From: an uncultured cyanobacterium
Lineage (GTDB): Bacteria; Cyanobacteriota; Cyanobacteriia; Cyanobacteriales; Cyanobacteriaceae
DNA: 64,000 bases
Reading direction: 5' to 3'
Assembly (NCBI GenBank): GCA_963710605.1
Contig: CAVQBA010000001.1
Coordinates: forward strand, 1 to 64,000
The translations under genes and the position numbers were made by a program. The notes under the pieces are model-generated. The model was not told the DNA's origin and did no database searches. It saw only the letters and a list, made by a program, of their open reading frames with translations. Shown here in pieces: positions 8,408-18,987 of the stretch; the first letter of the stretch is position 1, and every line of letters begins with the position of its first letter.

Positions 8408-8827
8408 ATGGATCATAATTTATCGTCGGCTATTTCGTTATTAAAAGAATATAGTACTCTCACTCCAAAAAAGGTTGAAACAGAGACACAAATCGAACAA
8501 TTACGATCGGCGGTAAAATTGGTAGTTAGTTTAGCTACTGCTCAAAATTTTGGTATTTGTGCTTCTAATGTATCTGAGGCATCTTCTGCTTTAGTTTCTT
8601 ACTTACAATCTTTAAAATGTGATCTTGAACTTCCTGCCAATATTGCCACTATCACAACTAACAATACTCCTACTTATTTAAAATTTAGTACTCAAAGGAT
8701 GTCTTTTAATATTGAACGTTATGATGGTAACGATCGTGGTGTTTTAATTACTATTTTCAGTGATGATCAAGAAGAAATAGTGGGAACTTATGGTTATTTA
8801 CCGCTAGACTTGTTTGAAGATAAATAG
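8408..8827 (+). CDS. DUF1824-like conserved cyanobacterial protein
   Basis: FGICA..YLKF..Y.G..RGVLI..GTYGYLPLDLF; ATG at 8408 preferred over TTG at 8378. Confidence 0.75.
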   Translation: MDHNLSSAISLLKEYSTLTPKKVETETQIEQLRSAVKLVVSLATAQNFGICASNVSEASSALVSYLQSLKCDLELPANIATITTNNTPTYLKFSTQRMSFNIERYDGNDRGVLITIFSDDQEEIVGTYGYLPLDLFEDK

Positions 8828-8950
8828 ACTGGCTAATTATTGATATTGGTAATAAATTGAATCTGTCTTGAATATTTATTTACTAATATCGATCGTTAAC
8901 TCTAAAATGATTAAAGTGATGATTAAGTCGTGACAAAGTTGAGCTAAAAA

Positions 8951-9121
8951 TTAATTATCATTAAAACACCAGCCAACGAAACCGAGGATGATTACTAATA
9001 AAGTAAGCTGTAGATAGTGATATAACTGCGAGGCAAAACCCAAAATGACAGAAATAATAGTAAAAGTTCCTAATTGATTCAACAAACCAATTAAAATCAC
9101 AAAAGCAAGTAAGTTAATCAT
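8951..9121 (-). CDS. Small hypothetical membrane protein
   Basis: Hydrophobic ORF with GGAGGG upstream of ATG 9121. Confidence 0.5.
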   Translation of the reverse strand: MINLLAFVILIGLLNQLGTFTIISVILGFASQLYHYLQLTLLVIILGFVGWCFNDN

Positions 9122-9394
9122 ATTACCCTCCAAACTGTTATTTATTTGATTATATTGTATTTTTTTGTTAACCACCACACGATCAAGAATATTGGTTCAA
9201 TGATAAATTGCAAGAAGAAGAAAAACTGAGTTAAGGCTCAAAAGTCAAACATTTTAATAGCTAATGAGTGGTAAGTATATTTCATTATTCATTATTGTTT
9301 GTGGTTTTCCGTATCCTCCATTGCTACTCAAATCTATAATCAACTATTTTATAATTGTTAATATAACTTAACAAAAACAAGATAAAATCAAACG

Positions 9395-10285
9395 ATGACA
9401 GTAAGTATAGATTCTATTCATAACGTAGTTGCGATCGAAGGTCACTATTGGCAATGGCGTGGAGAAAAAGTTTATTATGTTGAGGCGGGAGCAAAAAATA
9501 ATGACAAACCTGCTTTGTTATTAGTACATGGTTTTGGTGCTTCAACTGATCATTGGCGTAAAAATATTCATCAATTACAAAATGAATTTAATGTCTGGGC
9601 GATCGATTTATTAGGCTTTGGACGATCGGCAAAACCTGCGGGGGAATATAGTGGCAAACTATGGCAAGAACAATTAAACGATTTCATTACCGAGGTGATT
9701 CAACAACGTACTGTAGTAGCTGGTAATTCTTTAGGTGGATATGCTTGTTTATGTGCAGGGGCGAATTATCCTGATAATGTAGCCGGGGTAATTTTATTAA
9801 ACAGTGCAGGGCAGTTTTCTGATACAACAGTTGAAGAACCAAATTTGTTTCAAAAAGTCAGTGGCTGGACAATGCAAAGACGTATTGTCACTTATTTTCT
9901 GTTTAATAGATTACGTAACAAAAAAAATATTCGTAGTACTTTAGAAAAAGTATATTTAGATCCAACTACGATTACAGATCAATTAGTAGATGACATATAT
10001 CGTCCTTCTTGTGATAAAGGTGCATTAGAGGTATTTGGTTCGGTATTTAAAAGTCCTCAAGGAGAAAAAGTTGATGAGTTACTAGCTAAACTTAAAGTAC
10101 CTTTACTTAATATTTGGGGTGAATCAGATCCTTGGATACGTTGCCAAGAAAGAAGTTTAAAGTTTGAGCAGTATTATCCTAGCATTGAACAAACTTATGT
10201 CAAAGCTGGTCATTGTCCTCATGATGAAGTACCAGAAGAAGTTAATCGTACTATCAGCGATTGGATGAACAAAATTAATCTATAA
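9395..10285 (+). CDS. Alpha/beta fold hydrolase
   Basis: LLVHGFGAS, DLLGFGRS, GNSLGG nucleophile, AGHCPHDE. Confidence 0.92.
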   Translation: MTVSIDSIHNVVAIEGHYWQWRGEKVYYVEAGAKNNDKPALLLVHGFGASTDHWRKNIHQLQNEFNVWAIDLLGFGRSAKPAGEYSGKLWQEQLNDFITEVIQQRTVVAGNSLGGYACLCAGANYPDNVAGVILLNSAGQFSDTTVEEPNLFQKVSGWTMQRRIVTYFLFNRLRNKKNIRSTLEKVYLDPTTITDQLVDDIYRPSCDKGALEVFGSVFKSPQGEKVDELLAKLKVPLLNIWGESDPWIRCQERSLKFEQYYPSIEQTYVKAGHCPHDEVPEEVNRTISDWMNKINL

Positions 10286-10365
10286 CAACAAACGTCTGTA
10301 GTTAGGACACCTTGATCGATTTCCCCTCCCTTATAAAGGAGGGGTTAGGGGTAGTTACGCTTATC

Positions 10366-11139
10366 TTAATATTGGGGTGCCGCAATTAAGATGATTTTTT
10401 CGATAATTTTTGGTGCGAGGCGTTGACCCCAGACGGCTAAATAACTTTGCCATCCCACTAAAATTTCGTCCGAATCTTTTTCTAATCCTTTAACTAATGC
10501 GATCGCTACTTTTTTAGGAGTAGTTTTTTTGACAAAAGCAAAAGTTTTTAACTCTCTAGACATATCGGTGTCTGTCAAAGAAGGAAGTAAAGCTATTACC
10601 TTTAATTTATGAACCGAAAGCTCACTTCTCAAGGCTTGGGTAAATCCTAAAATAGCAAACTTGGTAGCCGAATAAGTTGACATTGTCGGTGCGGCTACTT
10701 TGCCCATTAAGCTAGAAACATTAACAATAGTACCTTCTTTTCTCGTTGCCATCCTTCGAGCAACTAGACGGGTGATAGTGTACATCCCCATCAGATTCAA
10801 AGACATTTCTGCTTGAACTTGAGGGAGTTTTGATTCTAAAAACGGTACTTGATGGGCAATACCCGCACAGTTTACTAATAGATGAATTGGGCCATAATCT
10901 CGCCAAGCTTTGGCTACGGCAATATTGACAGCTACAGGTTCGGTTAAATCTAAGGGGATAATTACGGTTTCTACGTCGATCGTTTCTTTTATTTCTTGAG
11001 CTAATTGAGCTAGTTGATCACCATTACGAGCTACTAATAACAGTCGTTTTAAACCTTGCCCGGCTAATTGCTCAGCGATCGCTCTTCCGATGCCACGAGA
11101 TGCTCCTGTTACAAGAGCAGTTTTTCCTTGTATTTTCAT
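10366..11139 (-). CDS. Short-chain dehydrogenase/reductase
   Basis: TGASRGIG, NCAG, YSATK; ATG start MKIQ. Confidence 0.92.
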   Translation of the reverse strand: MKIQGKTALVTGASRGIGRAIAEQLAGQGLKRLLLVARNGDQLAQLAQEIKETIDVETVIIPLDLTEPVAVNIAVAKAWRDYGPIHLLVNCAGIAHQVPFLESKLPQVQAEMSLNLMGMYTITRLVARRMATRKEGTIVNVSSLMGKVAAPTMSTYSATKFAILGFTQALRSELSVHKLKVIALLPSLTDTDMSRELKTFAFVKKTTPKKVAIALVKGLEKDSDEILVGWQSYLAVWGQRLAPKIIEKIILIAAPQY

Positions 11140-11538
11140 TATTTTAAACAATCTCCATTTTTTGATGAGACTAAAGTTTTGATGTGCTAGACAACAATTG
11201 GGGAATTAGTTTTTTGATGCGTTTTCCCAATTGATGTAAATGTAGAACATAAATTATATGCCTCCTGAATACGAGCATTAAATGGATTAAGTACATATCA
11301 TGGATTTGTTATTAAATCAATGATAATTAATCATTCTTGATTAAAAACTTAATTAGTTGCCATCCTATCTTAGTCAATTTGCGAAAATAGGTGAGGAAAA
11401 CCGAACTAATTAGGTACGGTCGTTGATCAAAGTGTTAATCAATAGACGATCGACGCTTACTGAAAAGTATGTAAAGATTCTGGTATATTTTTTCATAAAT
11501 CTCAACAATACTATAGTTGTGACCTCCCCCAGAATTGG

Positions 11539-11771
11539 CAGGGCTGTTTCATGTCTTATGTTTGTATTTTCTACAACGCCAAAAATACCAGTAAATTTAG
11601 CCGTTTTTTTCTAATAATAAAAAGATAATATGACCAAATCGCTCGATCGAGTATGTAGTAGTAATAGCTTCTAGCTATTTATTTTTTGCTTCTAGCTATT
11701 TATTTTTTGCTTCTAGCTATTTATTTTTTGCTTCTAGCTATTTTCTTCTTTTTGAGAATGAAACAGTCCTG
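11539..11771. mobile_element. 233-bp MITE (ISAs1-like termini) with 11-bp target duplication and internal 21-bp tandem repeats
   Basis: TIRs CAGGGCTGTTTCAT / ATGAAACAGTCCTG; direct repeat CCCAGAATTGG at 11528-11538 and 11772-11782; GCTTCTAGCTATTTATTTTTT x3 plus a partial copy at 11667-11743. Confidence 0.85.
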
Positions 11772-11850
11772 CCCAGAATTGGGGGATGAGTGGGGGCGGG
11801 AGATGAGTGGGGGCTTTCTTTGTACTTCATAATGGCGATAATTGCTATAT

Positions 11851-13179
11851 CTAAGAACATTTTTCCTTTTCTTCTTCCATCTTCGTCTCAATCTGCGAAG
11901 GTAATCCTAATTGCACGTTGTTGTAAAGAGAATCAAATTCTCGTTGAAAATGTGTAGCTACCAATTGATTGTAGATAATTAAGAGAGTTTCATCATTAGT
12001 ATGATTTGCGGCGTTTGACCAATTATGAGAACCTGTAATTACGGTATAAGTATCGATAATGGCGAATTTATGATGTAGTTTGTCTCCTTTTGCTAAACTG
12101 GGAATACCGACAGTTGTGATAGGTTGCTTCCAAGGGCGATTATTTTTTTCGTAACGACATTTATTAAGTATCTCAACACCGAGTAAATCTAATCCTTCGC
12201 TATAGTAACGATAAGCAAAACTACGATCGATTAAAGCTCGAATTTGTACCCCTTCTAAAGCTTCTTTTTCCATTGTATTAGCTATTTGTTGATCGCTAAA
12301 AACAAACAAGGCTAAATCGATCGAATCGTTAGCAATTTGTAAAGTTTGACTAATTAAGCCATTACTACTATTTTGCCACGAACTAGAAGGGCTATCAGGA
12401 GAAAATTTAACAGTGATAGTTGCTCTATCCAAACTAATAGTTTTACTTACTCGCTGCGGTTTTTTTAAACCAAATAAACTATCTTTTTTTCCACCTACTC
12501 CATCACCCCATAAATAATTGAATTCTTCGGTAAATAGTTGTGCTAAATCAGGACTATTAATCACTAAAATATGATTAGTATTACCTCTGGTTTCTAAGTT
12601 GTCAAAATCGCCATGAATACCACTTAAAGTAAAATTAGCTGAGCCTGTAAGGACTTTTTGCCCATCAATAACCATAAATTTATGGTGCATTAAACCGCTA
12701 CCTTTACTACCATCTTCTGTATCGTCAATGATAGGGATATTATTCTGTTTGAGTAAGGTTAAACCGTGTTTATCGGGTAGTTTATCAGTAGGAATATTAT
12801 AATTATTTTCCAGTACTATTCTTACTCTAATACCTTTGTTTTTTTGCTGAATAATCGATCGTGCTATTTTACTTAAATTTAATTCTTGTACGGCAATATC
12901 AATACTTGTAGTTGCTGAATTGATTTGCTCAATGATTACGGCTTCTAAGTCATCACCATTACGCTCAAGATTGCGATAAGATTCTTGATATTTTCGATCG
13001 ACTGCCTGATTATGATTAAAATAAACTTGTATTTGCGAATCTTGCGGTAAGGATGAAATTTTTTGGGAATTACTACCGCAACTATTAATAAATAACGAAC
13101 AACCCATTAATGTAAATAACAAGATTAAAAATCGATCGATCGTTATTAATCTTACTATCTTAAAACGGGTGTATTTCAT
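11851..13179 (-). CDS. Phospholipase D-family (2x HKD) nuclease-like lipoprotein, cyanobacterial ComA-like
   Basis: HHKFMVID..TGSANF and HHKFAIID..TGSHNW; N-terminal hydrophobic segment ending in a lipobox-like SC. Confidence 0.85.
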   Translation of the reverse strand: MKYTRFKIVRLITIDRFLILLFTLMGCSLFINSCGSNSQKISSLPQDSQIQVYFNHNQAVDRKYQESYRNLERNGDDLEAVIIEQINSATTSIDIAVQELNLSKIARSIIQQKNKGIRVRIVLENNYNIPTDKLPDKHGLTLLKQNNIPIIDDTEDGSKGSGLMHHKFMVIDGQKVLTGSANFTLSGIHGDFDNLETRGNTNHILVINSPDLAQLFTEEFNYLWGDGVGGKKDSLFGLKKPQRVSKTISLDRATITVKFSPDSPSSSWQNSSNGLISQTLQIANDSIDLALFVFSDQQIANTMEKEALEGVQIRALIDRSFAYRYYSEGLDLLGVEILNKCRYEKNNRPWKQPITTVGIPSLAKGDKLHHKFAIIDTYTVITGSHNWSNAANHTNDETLLIIYNQLVATHFQREFDSLYNNVQLGLPSQIETKMEEEKEKCS

Positions 13180-13185
13180 TATTAA

Positions 13186-13404
13186 TTATTTGATGATATT
13201 GTAAGAATCTATTTCTAATACATCTCCTACCATAGCGATCGTCATAATACCTTTTTTGATTTTACCTTCGATCGTCACCTTCAAATCATTTTCTTTAATT
13301 TCTGCTGGAGGTTTATACAACTCGTAAGTAACTCCTTTGTCACTAACAATTGTCCATGTACCAACTCCGACTGGTTGATATTTAACTGTTCCTGTTACTG
13401 TCAT
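13186..13404 (-). CDS. Small conserved hypothetical (OB-fold-like) protein
   Basis: 72-aa ORF co-oriented with neighbours; G.W..YEL motif. Confidence 0.7.
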   Translation of the reverse strand: MTVTGTVKYQPVGVGTWTIVSDKGVTYELYKPPAEIKENDLKVTIEGKIKKGIMTIAMVGDVLEIDSYNIIK

Positions 13405-13545
13405 AATTTTTACTCTTTTATTTTCATTTTACCGTAACGATCGTCTTAAAAAGTTAGTAATCTCAAAATCATCTGTAAAGACTTTGCGTTGTAACATCTG
13501 AGGCGAAAGTGTCTATAACCAAGAGTTTATTTTATTAAAACATTT

Positions 13546-14442
13546 TCATCTATTATTAGTTACTTCTAAATAAATATGTTGTAAACTAATTGTTTCTTTT
13601 CTAATTGAAAGTAAACTTATATTTTCTAATTGAGAGATAATAGTTTTTAAATCAATATTTTCAGTTAAAAGAAAGGCTAATTCTTGATTATAATAACGAT
13701 GTTGCCAACCCAATTTTTTAGCTTGTAAAATTAATTTTTCTACTTCATTGGTACTAATAAAAACTAACTCTTGTGCCGGTATAATTTGTTTTAATTGAGC
13801 TAAACTACCTTCGACGATAATTTTACCTGTTTTCATAATACCAATACAATCGCATAATTTTTCAGCTTCATCTAATAAATGAGTTGTCAATAAAATTGTT
13901 ATTCCTTGTTGTTTTAAAGCCAAAATTAATTGCCAAATATCATACCTAATCTCAATATCTAATCCTGTAGTTGGCTCATCTAAAATTAATAATTGCGGAT
14001 TATGAATTAAAGAAGAGGCGATATTTAGTCGTCTTTGCATACCACCGCTTAAATTAGCTACTGTTTCGTTTTGATATTCAACTAATTTAACTGCTTCTAA
14101 ACTACGATAAATATTACTGGTTAATTTTGTGCCAGTCAAACCATAGATTTTGCCAAAAAATTCTAAGTTTTCTCGACAACTTAAATGAGAATAAAGTAGA
14201 TTTTCTTGGGTAGCAATTCCTAATAAATATTTAGCTTGATGATTAAGCGGATTATTATTCAACAAAATTGAACCATCTTTATATTTAGTTATGCCGCAAA
14301 TAATATTAATTAAAGTAGTTTTTCCCGCACCGTTTGCTCCTAATAAGCCATAGATTTCGCCTTTATTTAATTGTAAATTTAAATTGTCTAAAACTCTTTT
14401 TTGACCATAATATTTAGTCAAATTATTAATTGCTAAAACCAT
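13546..14442 (-). CDS. ABC transporter ATP-binding protein (ABC-2/drug exporter type)
   Basis: GANGAGKT, LSGGMQRR, LILDEPT. Confidence 0.93.
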   Translation of the reverse strand: MVLAINNLTKYYGQKRVLDNLNLQLNKGEIYGLLGANGAGKTTLINIICGITKYKDGSILLNNNPLNHQAKYLLGIATQENLLYSHLSCRENLEFFGKIYGLTGTKLTSNIYRSLEAVKLVEYQNETVANLSGGMQRRLNIASSLIHNPQLLILDEPTTGLDIEIRYDIWQLILALKQQGITILLTTHLLDEAEKLCDCIGIMKTGKIIVEGSLAQLKQIIPAQELVFISTNEVEKLILQAKKLGWQHRYYNQELAFLLTENIDLKTIISQLENISLLSIRKETISLQHIYLEVTNNR

Positions 14443-14570
14443 TAAAAGCTAAGAATTGTTAGTAAAGAATAAGCGATCGAAGTATTTTATTTTGACGAAA
14501 AAATATAAGATTATTCCTAATATTTAAGCTCTAAACTTTATCACCCTTATTCATTGTCAATTGTCAATTG

Positions 14571-15812
14571 TCAATTGTCAATTGTTTGACTCATTGCTAA
14601 TCCTGCTAACCATCCAGTTGTCCAAGCATTTTGAAAATTAAAACCACCTGTTACTCCATCTATATCGAGTATTTCTCCTGCGAAATGAAGATTAGGACAT
14701 ATTTTACTCATCATCGTTTGAAAATTAACTTCTTTAAGCTTAACTCCACCACAAGTGACAAATTCTTCTTTAAATACTCCTTTTCCTTGAATTTTGTATT
14801 GACTATTAGTTAATTCAATCGCTAACTTTTCTAATTCTTTTTTACTTAAATCTGCCCAAATTTTATCCGAATTATCTAAACTATATTTAACTAGATTTTG
14901 CCATAATCTTTTTGGTATTTCTAATTGATTATAGTTAATAATTTTTTGTTTTTTTACTTGACTTTTAGCTTGTAATAGTATCTCTTTAATTGATTCTGGA
15001 TTATAATTTGGAAGCCAATTAATAGTTAAAGATGACTGATATTTCGACTCATTTAAAAATCTTGCCCCCCATGCCGACAATTTCAGTATAGCAGGGCCAC
15101 TAATCCCCCAATGAGTCACTAATAATGCTCCTTGTTGATGTAGTTTTTTGCCTTTTTTAAGATTAATTTTAACCTCAACGTGCTGACTACTAATTCCTGC
15201 TAAATCGGCTAAACGAGTGTCATTTATTTTGAGAGTAAATAATGAAGGTACGGGTGAAGTGATTGTATGCCCTAATTTTTTTGCCCATTGATAACCGATT
15301 GGGTTACTTCCTGTAGCTAGTAGAAGATGTTTAGCTTCAATTATTTTACCTGACTTTAATAATAAATTAAAACCCGATTCTGATTTGGTAATTTCTTTAA
15401 CGGGTGCTTGAGTAATAACTTGAATACCTAATTGGTGAGCAGTTTGAGTGAGACAATCAACAATTGTTTGCGAATCGTTGGTAACAGGAAACATTCTGCC
15501 GTCGCTTTCTGTTTTTAATTTTACACCTCTAGAGGTAAACCAATCAATCGTATCTTGGGGTTGAAAACGAGAAAAAGCCCCCCGTAATTCTCTACCACCA
15601 CGAGGATAATAAGTAACTAAATCACTAACATTAAAACAATTATGAGTGACGTTACATCTACCACCACCAGATATTTTTACTTTACTTAAGGTATTTTTAC
15701 TAGCTTCTAAAATAGTTACACTAAGACGAGGATTTTTGATAGCACAATTAATTGCCCCGAAAAAACCTGCCGCACCTCCACCGACGACGACAACTTGAGA
15801 TTTATTACTCAT
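14571..15812 (-). CDS. HI0933/BaiN-family flavoprotein
   Basis: GGGAAG, KVKISGGGRCNVT, EFVTCGGV, DGVTGGFNFQNAW. Confidence 0.92.
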   Translation of the reverse strand: MSNKSQVVVVGGGAAGFFGAINCAIKNPRLSVTILEASKNTLSKVKISGGGRCNVTHNCFNVSDLVTYYPRGGRELRGAFSRFQPQDTIDWFTSRGVKLKTESDGRMFPVTNDSQTIVDCLTQTAHQLGIQVITQAPVKEITKSESGFNLLLKSGKIIEAKHLLLATGSNPIGYQWAKKLGHTITSPVPSLFTLKINDTRLADLAGISSQHVEVKINLKKGKKLHQQGALLVTHWGISGPAILKLSAWGARFLNESKYQSSLTINWLPNYNPESIKEILLQAKSQVKKQKIINYNQLEIPKRLWQNLVKYSLDNSDKIWADLSKKELEKLAIELTNSQYKIQGKGVFKEEFVTCGGVKLKEVNFQTMMSKICPNLHFAGEILDIDGVTGGFNFQNAWTTGWLAGLAMSQTIDN

Positions 15813-15906
15813 TAAAAGTTAAGAGTTAGGAGTTAAGAGTTAAGAGTGAACAATCGATAACTAATTGTTCTTTATTAATTCATTGTTAATTGTCAATTGT
15901 CAATTG

Positions 15907-16789
15907 TCAATTATCATCAGGTTTCCAATTGAGTGAATCACTTTGAGTTACTGTTTGTTTATAATTATCACAATTTAATTCTTCAACTCCTAACCAGTCT
16001 CCTAGTTTTTGTAAATCTTGATTAAAAACTGATTTGAGATAAATAATATTTTCTGATTCTAATTCAGGCTTTTTTTGCATCATCCACATACTTTTAACTG
16101 AATCACGTACACTTTGAGGTATCAAGTTTTTTCTGATTTCTTTAAGTAAAGGTGCTTCAACGAAAAAATCACGGATAGCACTTTTACGCATTCTTTTTTG
16201 TGAGACATTAGCGGCTTCGACTTCTTGCCATTGTGGTGGATGAGGATAACCAATAAACTGACAAATTCTGGCTAATTCTGATTGAGGAGAAGTTAGTAAT
16301 TTTTCAAAAAAAACAGGTAAGACTCGCTCTTTACCAAAGGTATCAAAATATGGTTGCAGTTGCTTTGTGTATTGACTATAAGCAATTAATTCGGGATATT
16401 TTTCGACAGCAGGATTGATTTTGACATCGATCGCTTTTTGACTCCATTCATGGATATACTGAGAAACGAGTCGATCGAATCGGATGACGAATCACATAAA
16501 TAAATTTGGCATTGGGTAAATGCTCTTGAATTCTAGTGATAGTCTCAGGATAAGTAGGTAGTTTGGTGTAGTGAGTACTAGATTCTCCTGCCAAATCTTC
16601 GGTTTGAGCGTCTTGAAAATGAGAAAGATACCATGACATTCCTTTAGTATATTCTTCATCATTACTAAAAAAATTAGGCTCTTTTAATTCTGTCATAAAA
16701 ATCCCATCTTGTAGTGCTAATTGCTCATGAAGACTACTAGTGGCACATTTCATTGCACCAATAATTAAAAAGTTAGGTAGTTTAGACAT
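15907..16789 (-). pseudogene. Sulfotransferase split by one frameshift near 16480 (possible sequencing error)
   Basis: PNFLIIGAMKCATSSL, KEPNFF; removing one base gives RHPIDRLVSQY.. in frame with ORF 15907..16191. Confidence 0.85.
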
Positions 16790-16854
16790 CAGAATTGATA
16801 ATTAATAATTGATAATAATTGTTTACTATACGATTTTTTACTGTTATTATTCTA

Positions 16855-17819
16855 TTAACTTCTTGGTTTTAATGGATTAAGCCAATGTGACCAAATATCT
16901 ATTGCTTCTGAGTTACAGGTTTGTGGCTCTATTTTTTGAATAATTTCTCGAGTTAAAGAAATCGATCGTCCAATTAACCATAAAATATTAGCAAACCATA
17001 ATCCAAAAATACCGTAAAATTTAGCAAAATAACGAGAGCGAGAGGCATACAAATAAGCAGGAGGGCGTTTGCGTAAAGCAACATCTTTTTTAACCGAGCC
17101 ACTTCCACCCCTTAAATGCACAACTCTAGCCAGAGGATAATGAATTATTTGCCAACCTGCTTCAGTTGTACGACGACAATAGTCAATATCATCAAAGTAC
17201 ATAAAATAATCTTCATCCATCAAACCAATTTTACTAATTACTGATTTTCGGATTAAAACACAAGCAAAACTTGTCCATTCAACTTCTATCGGTTGCTCAA
17301 AAACAGGTACTGGTACGTATTGTACTGATTCAGTGTTTTAGTAATAATTCCGGTGTTAGCTGATTTAATTAATTCGTTGAGAGGAGAGCGATTACGAAAA
17401 CAACTAATTTGTGGTGTGGCATCTAACCATTCTAAGCGAGGGCTGATTATTCCTGCTTGAGGATATTTTTCGAGGGCTTCTAACAAAAGTTTGATCGCTC
17501 CTTCACGAACGATCGTATCACTATTAAGTAACAAATAATTTTCAGCTTCGATCGCTTTAATCCCGACATTATTACCGTAAGAAAATCCACCATTGATAGG
17601 CGAGGCGATTAGTGATACCCATTCGCTCCAATTATGATCATCAATTGCTTTTTGAATTAATTCAACCGAATCATCTTGGGAGTCATTATCAACAACAACG
17701 ATATTCGCCTCTGTGGAATTATTTAGATTCGGAATGGTTGAATGTAAGCAATCGATCGTTAATTGTGGTGTTCGATAATTAATAATGACGATCGCAAGAG
17801 AATATTTTTTTTCACTCAT
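16855..17819 (-). pseudogene. GT2 glycosyltransferase split by a frameshift near 17317 (possible sequencing error)
   Basis: VVVDNDS, NGGFSYGNN, LLLNSD; the shifted frame continues VEWTSFACVLIR..GLMDEDYFMYFDDIDYC. Confidence 0.85.
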
Positions 17820-17886
17820 AGTTATGATTTGTGCTTCTTTAAGTTAAATAAACTGGTGGTTTGGCTCAATTAAAAATATGATTATT

Positions 17887-18822
17887 TTATTTCAATTGTT
17901 TTTGTTGAATTTCACCCATTTTCAATCGACTTTGTTTTGCTAAAGATTTTAAACCTAATTTGCGAGACATATATTCAGACATAACTAAAGGTAAACCAAA
18001 TCTATTGATTCTAAAATTAATTCTGTACCACCAGTTTTGTAATAACAATTGTTGTTTTGTCGAAGCATTTAATTCTAAATGTGGTAAACCACTTGGTTGA
18101 TATTGTTTTTGAGTTAATAAATTTCCAACTTTTGATTCAATTAATTGTATTTCTCTATCAGATAATTTTTTACGCCATTGCGCTGCTAATTGAGGATTTG
18201 GTTTAGTGTAAGTCGAATTTACGGGATTCATCATCGCTTGGTTATAATCTATACCTAAAAACTCAGAGATAGTGGTTAAGGTTTTTTCTGGCTCACGAAT
18301 TAGATTTTCATAACTAATTTCAATATATCTATCCTCAGAAATTTGGCTTTTGAGTCGATTCCAGAGTTTTTCTACTTCTATCCATCGATCGATTCCATAC
18401 CAAACATTACCAGCCCAACCCATACCAATACAAGAACGAGCAACATCACGAGGATCTCTGATAAGATGAATAAAACGCACATCAGACCATATATATAATA
18501 GTCGATCGAAATGTCGATGAACTGTGGCACAAATCACCGGTTTTTGATCGAGTTTTCTTTGTTGTTGTAAAAAATCATCGACTAATTCAGGATAAGTTAA
18601 ATTATGCTTAATTTCTAAACCTGTAGAACGAAAAATACGATCGATTTCCAAATGTTTATAATAAGTATCTAAATCAGGATAATCACCTTTATCGCTGACT
18701 AAATCTACACAATATTCAAATTCTTTGAGCCAACTAACATCAGGATGATGCTTAACCAACTCCCTTACTAAAGTTGTTCCCGATCGTTCTGCACCCACTA
18801 AAAATACTGGCTTTTCTATCAT
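17887..18822 (-). CDS. Sulfotransferase family protein
   Basis: PVFLVGAERSGTTL (5'-PSB), HLIRDPRDVARS (3'-PB). Confidence 0.9.
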   Translation of the reverse strand: MIEKPVFLVGAERSGTTLVRELVKHHPDVSWLKEFEYCVDLVSDKGDYPDLDTYYKHLEIDRIFRSTGLEIKHNLTYPELVDDFLQQQRKLDQKPVICATVHRHFDRLLYIWSDVRFIHLIRDPRDVARSCIGMGWAGNVWYGIDRWIEVEKLWNRLKSQISEDRYIEISYENLIREPEKTLTTISEFLGIDYNQAMMNPVNSTYTKPNPQLAAQWRKKLSDREIQLIESKVGNLLTQKQYQPSGLPHLELNASTKQQLLLQNWWYRINFRINRFGLPLVMSEYMSRKLGLKSLAKQSRLKMGEIQQKQLK

Positions 18823-18987
18823 TGTTCTGGTTTTGATAAAATATAATGCGAATTAATCTGTCAAAATTTTATTATATAGACATAACAATTAATCGTTAAA
18901 AACTTTTTTTAATTACAATCGGAGGACAATTTTCATCGAGACTTAACTCTAGAATTAGTAATAATGATAATATAACTTAGCCAAACT

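Noticed and set aside
11423-11614. 63-aa ORF
   Set aside because: Runs through the REP palindrome and MITE end; probably spurious.
11667-11743. 21-bp repeats (also ~23800-23880) as a CRISPR array
   Set aside because: Head-to-tail with no spacers, inside a TIR/TSD-bounded MITE, and no cas genes nearby.
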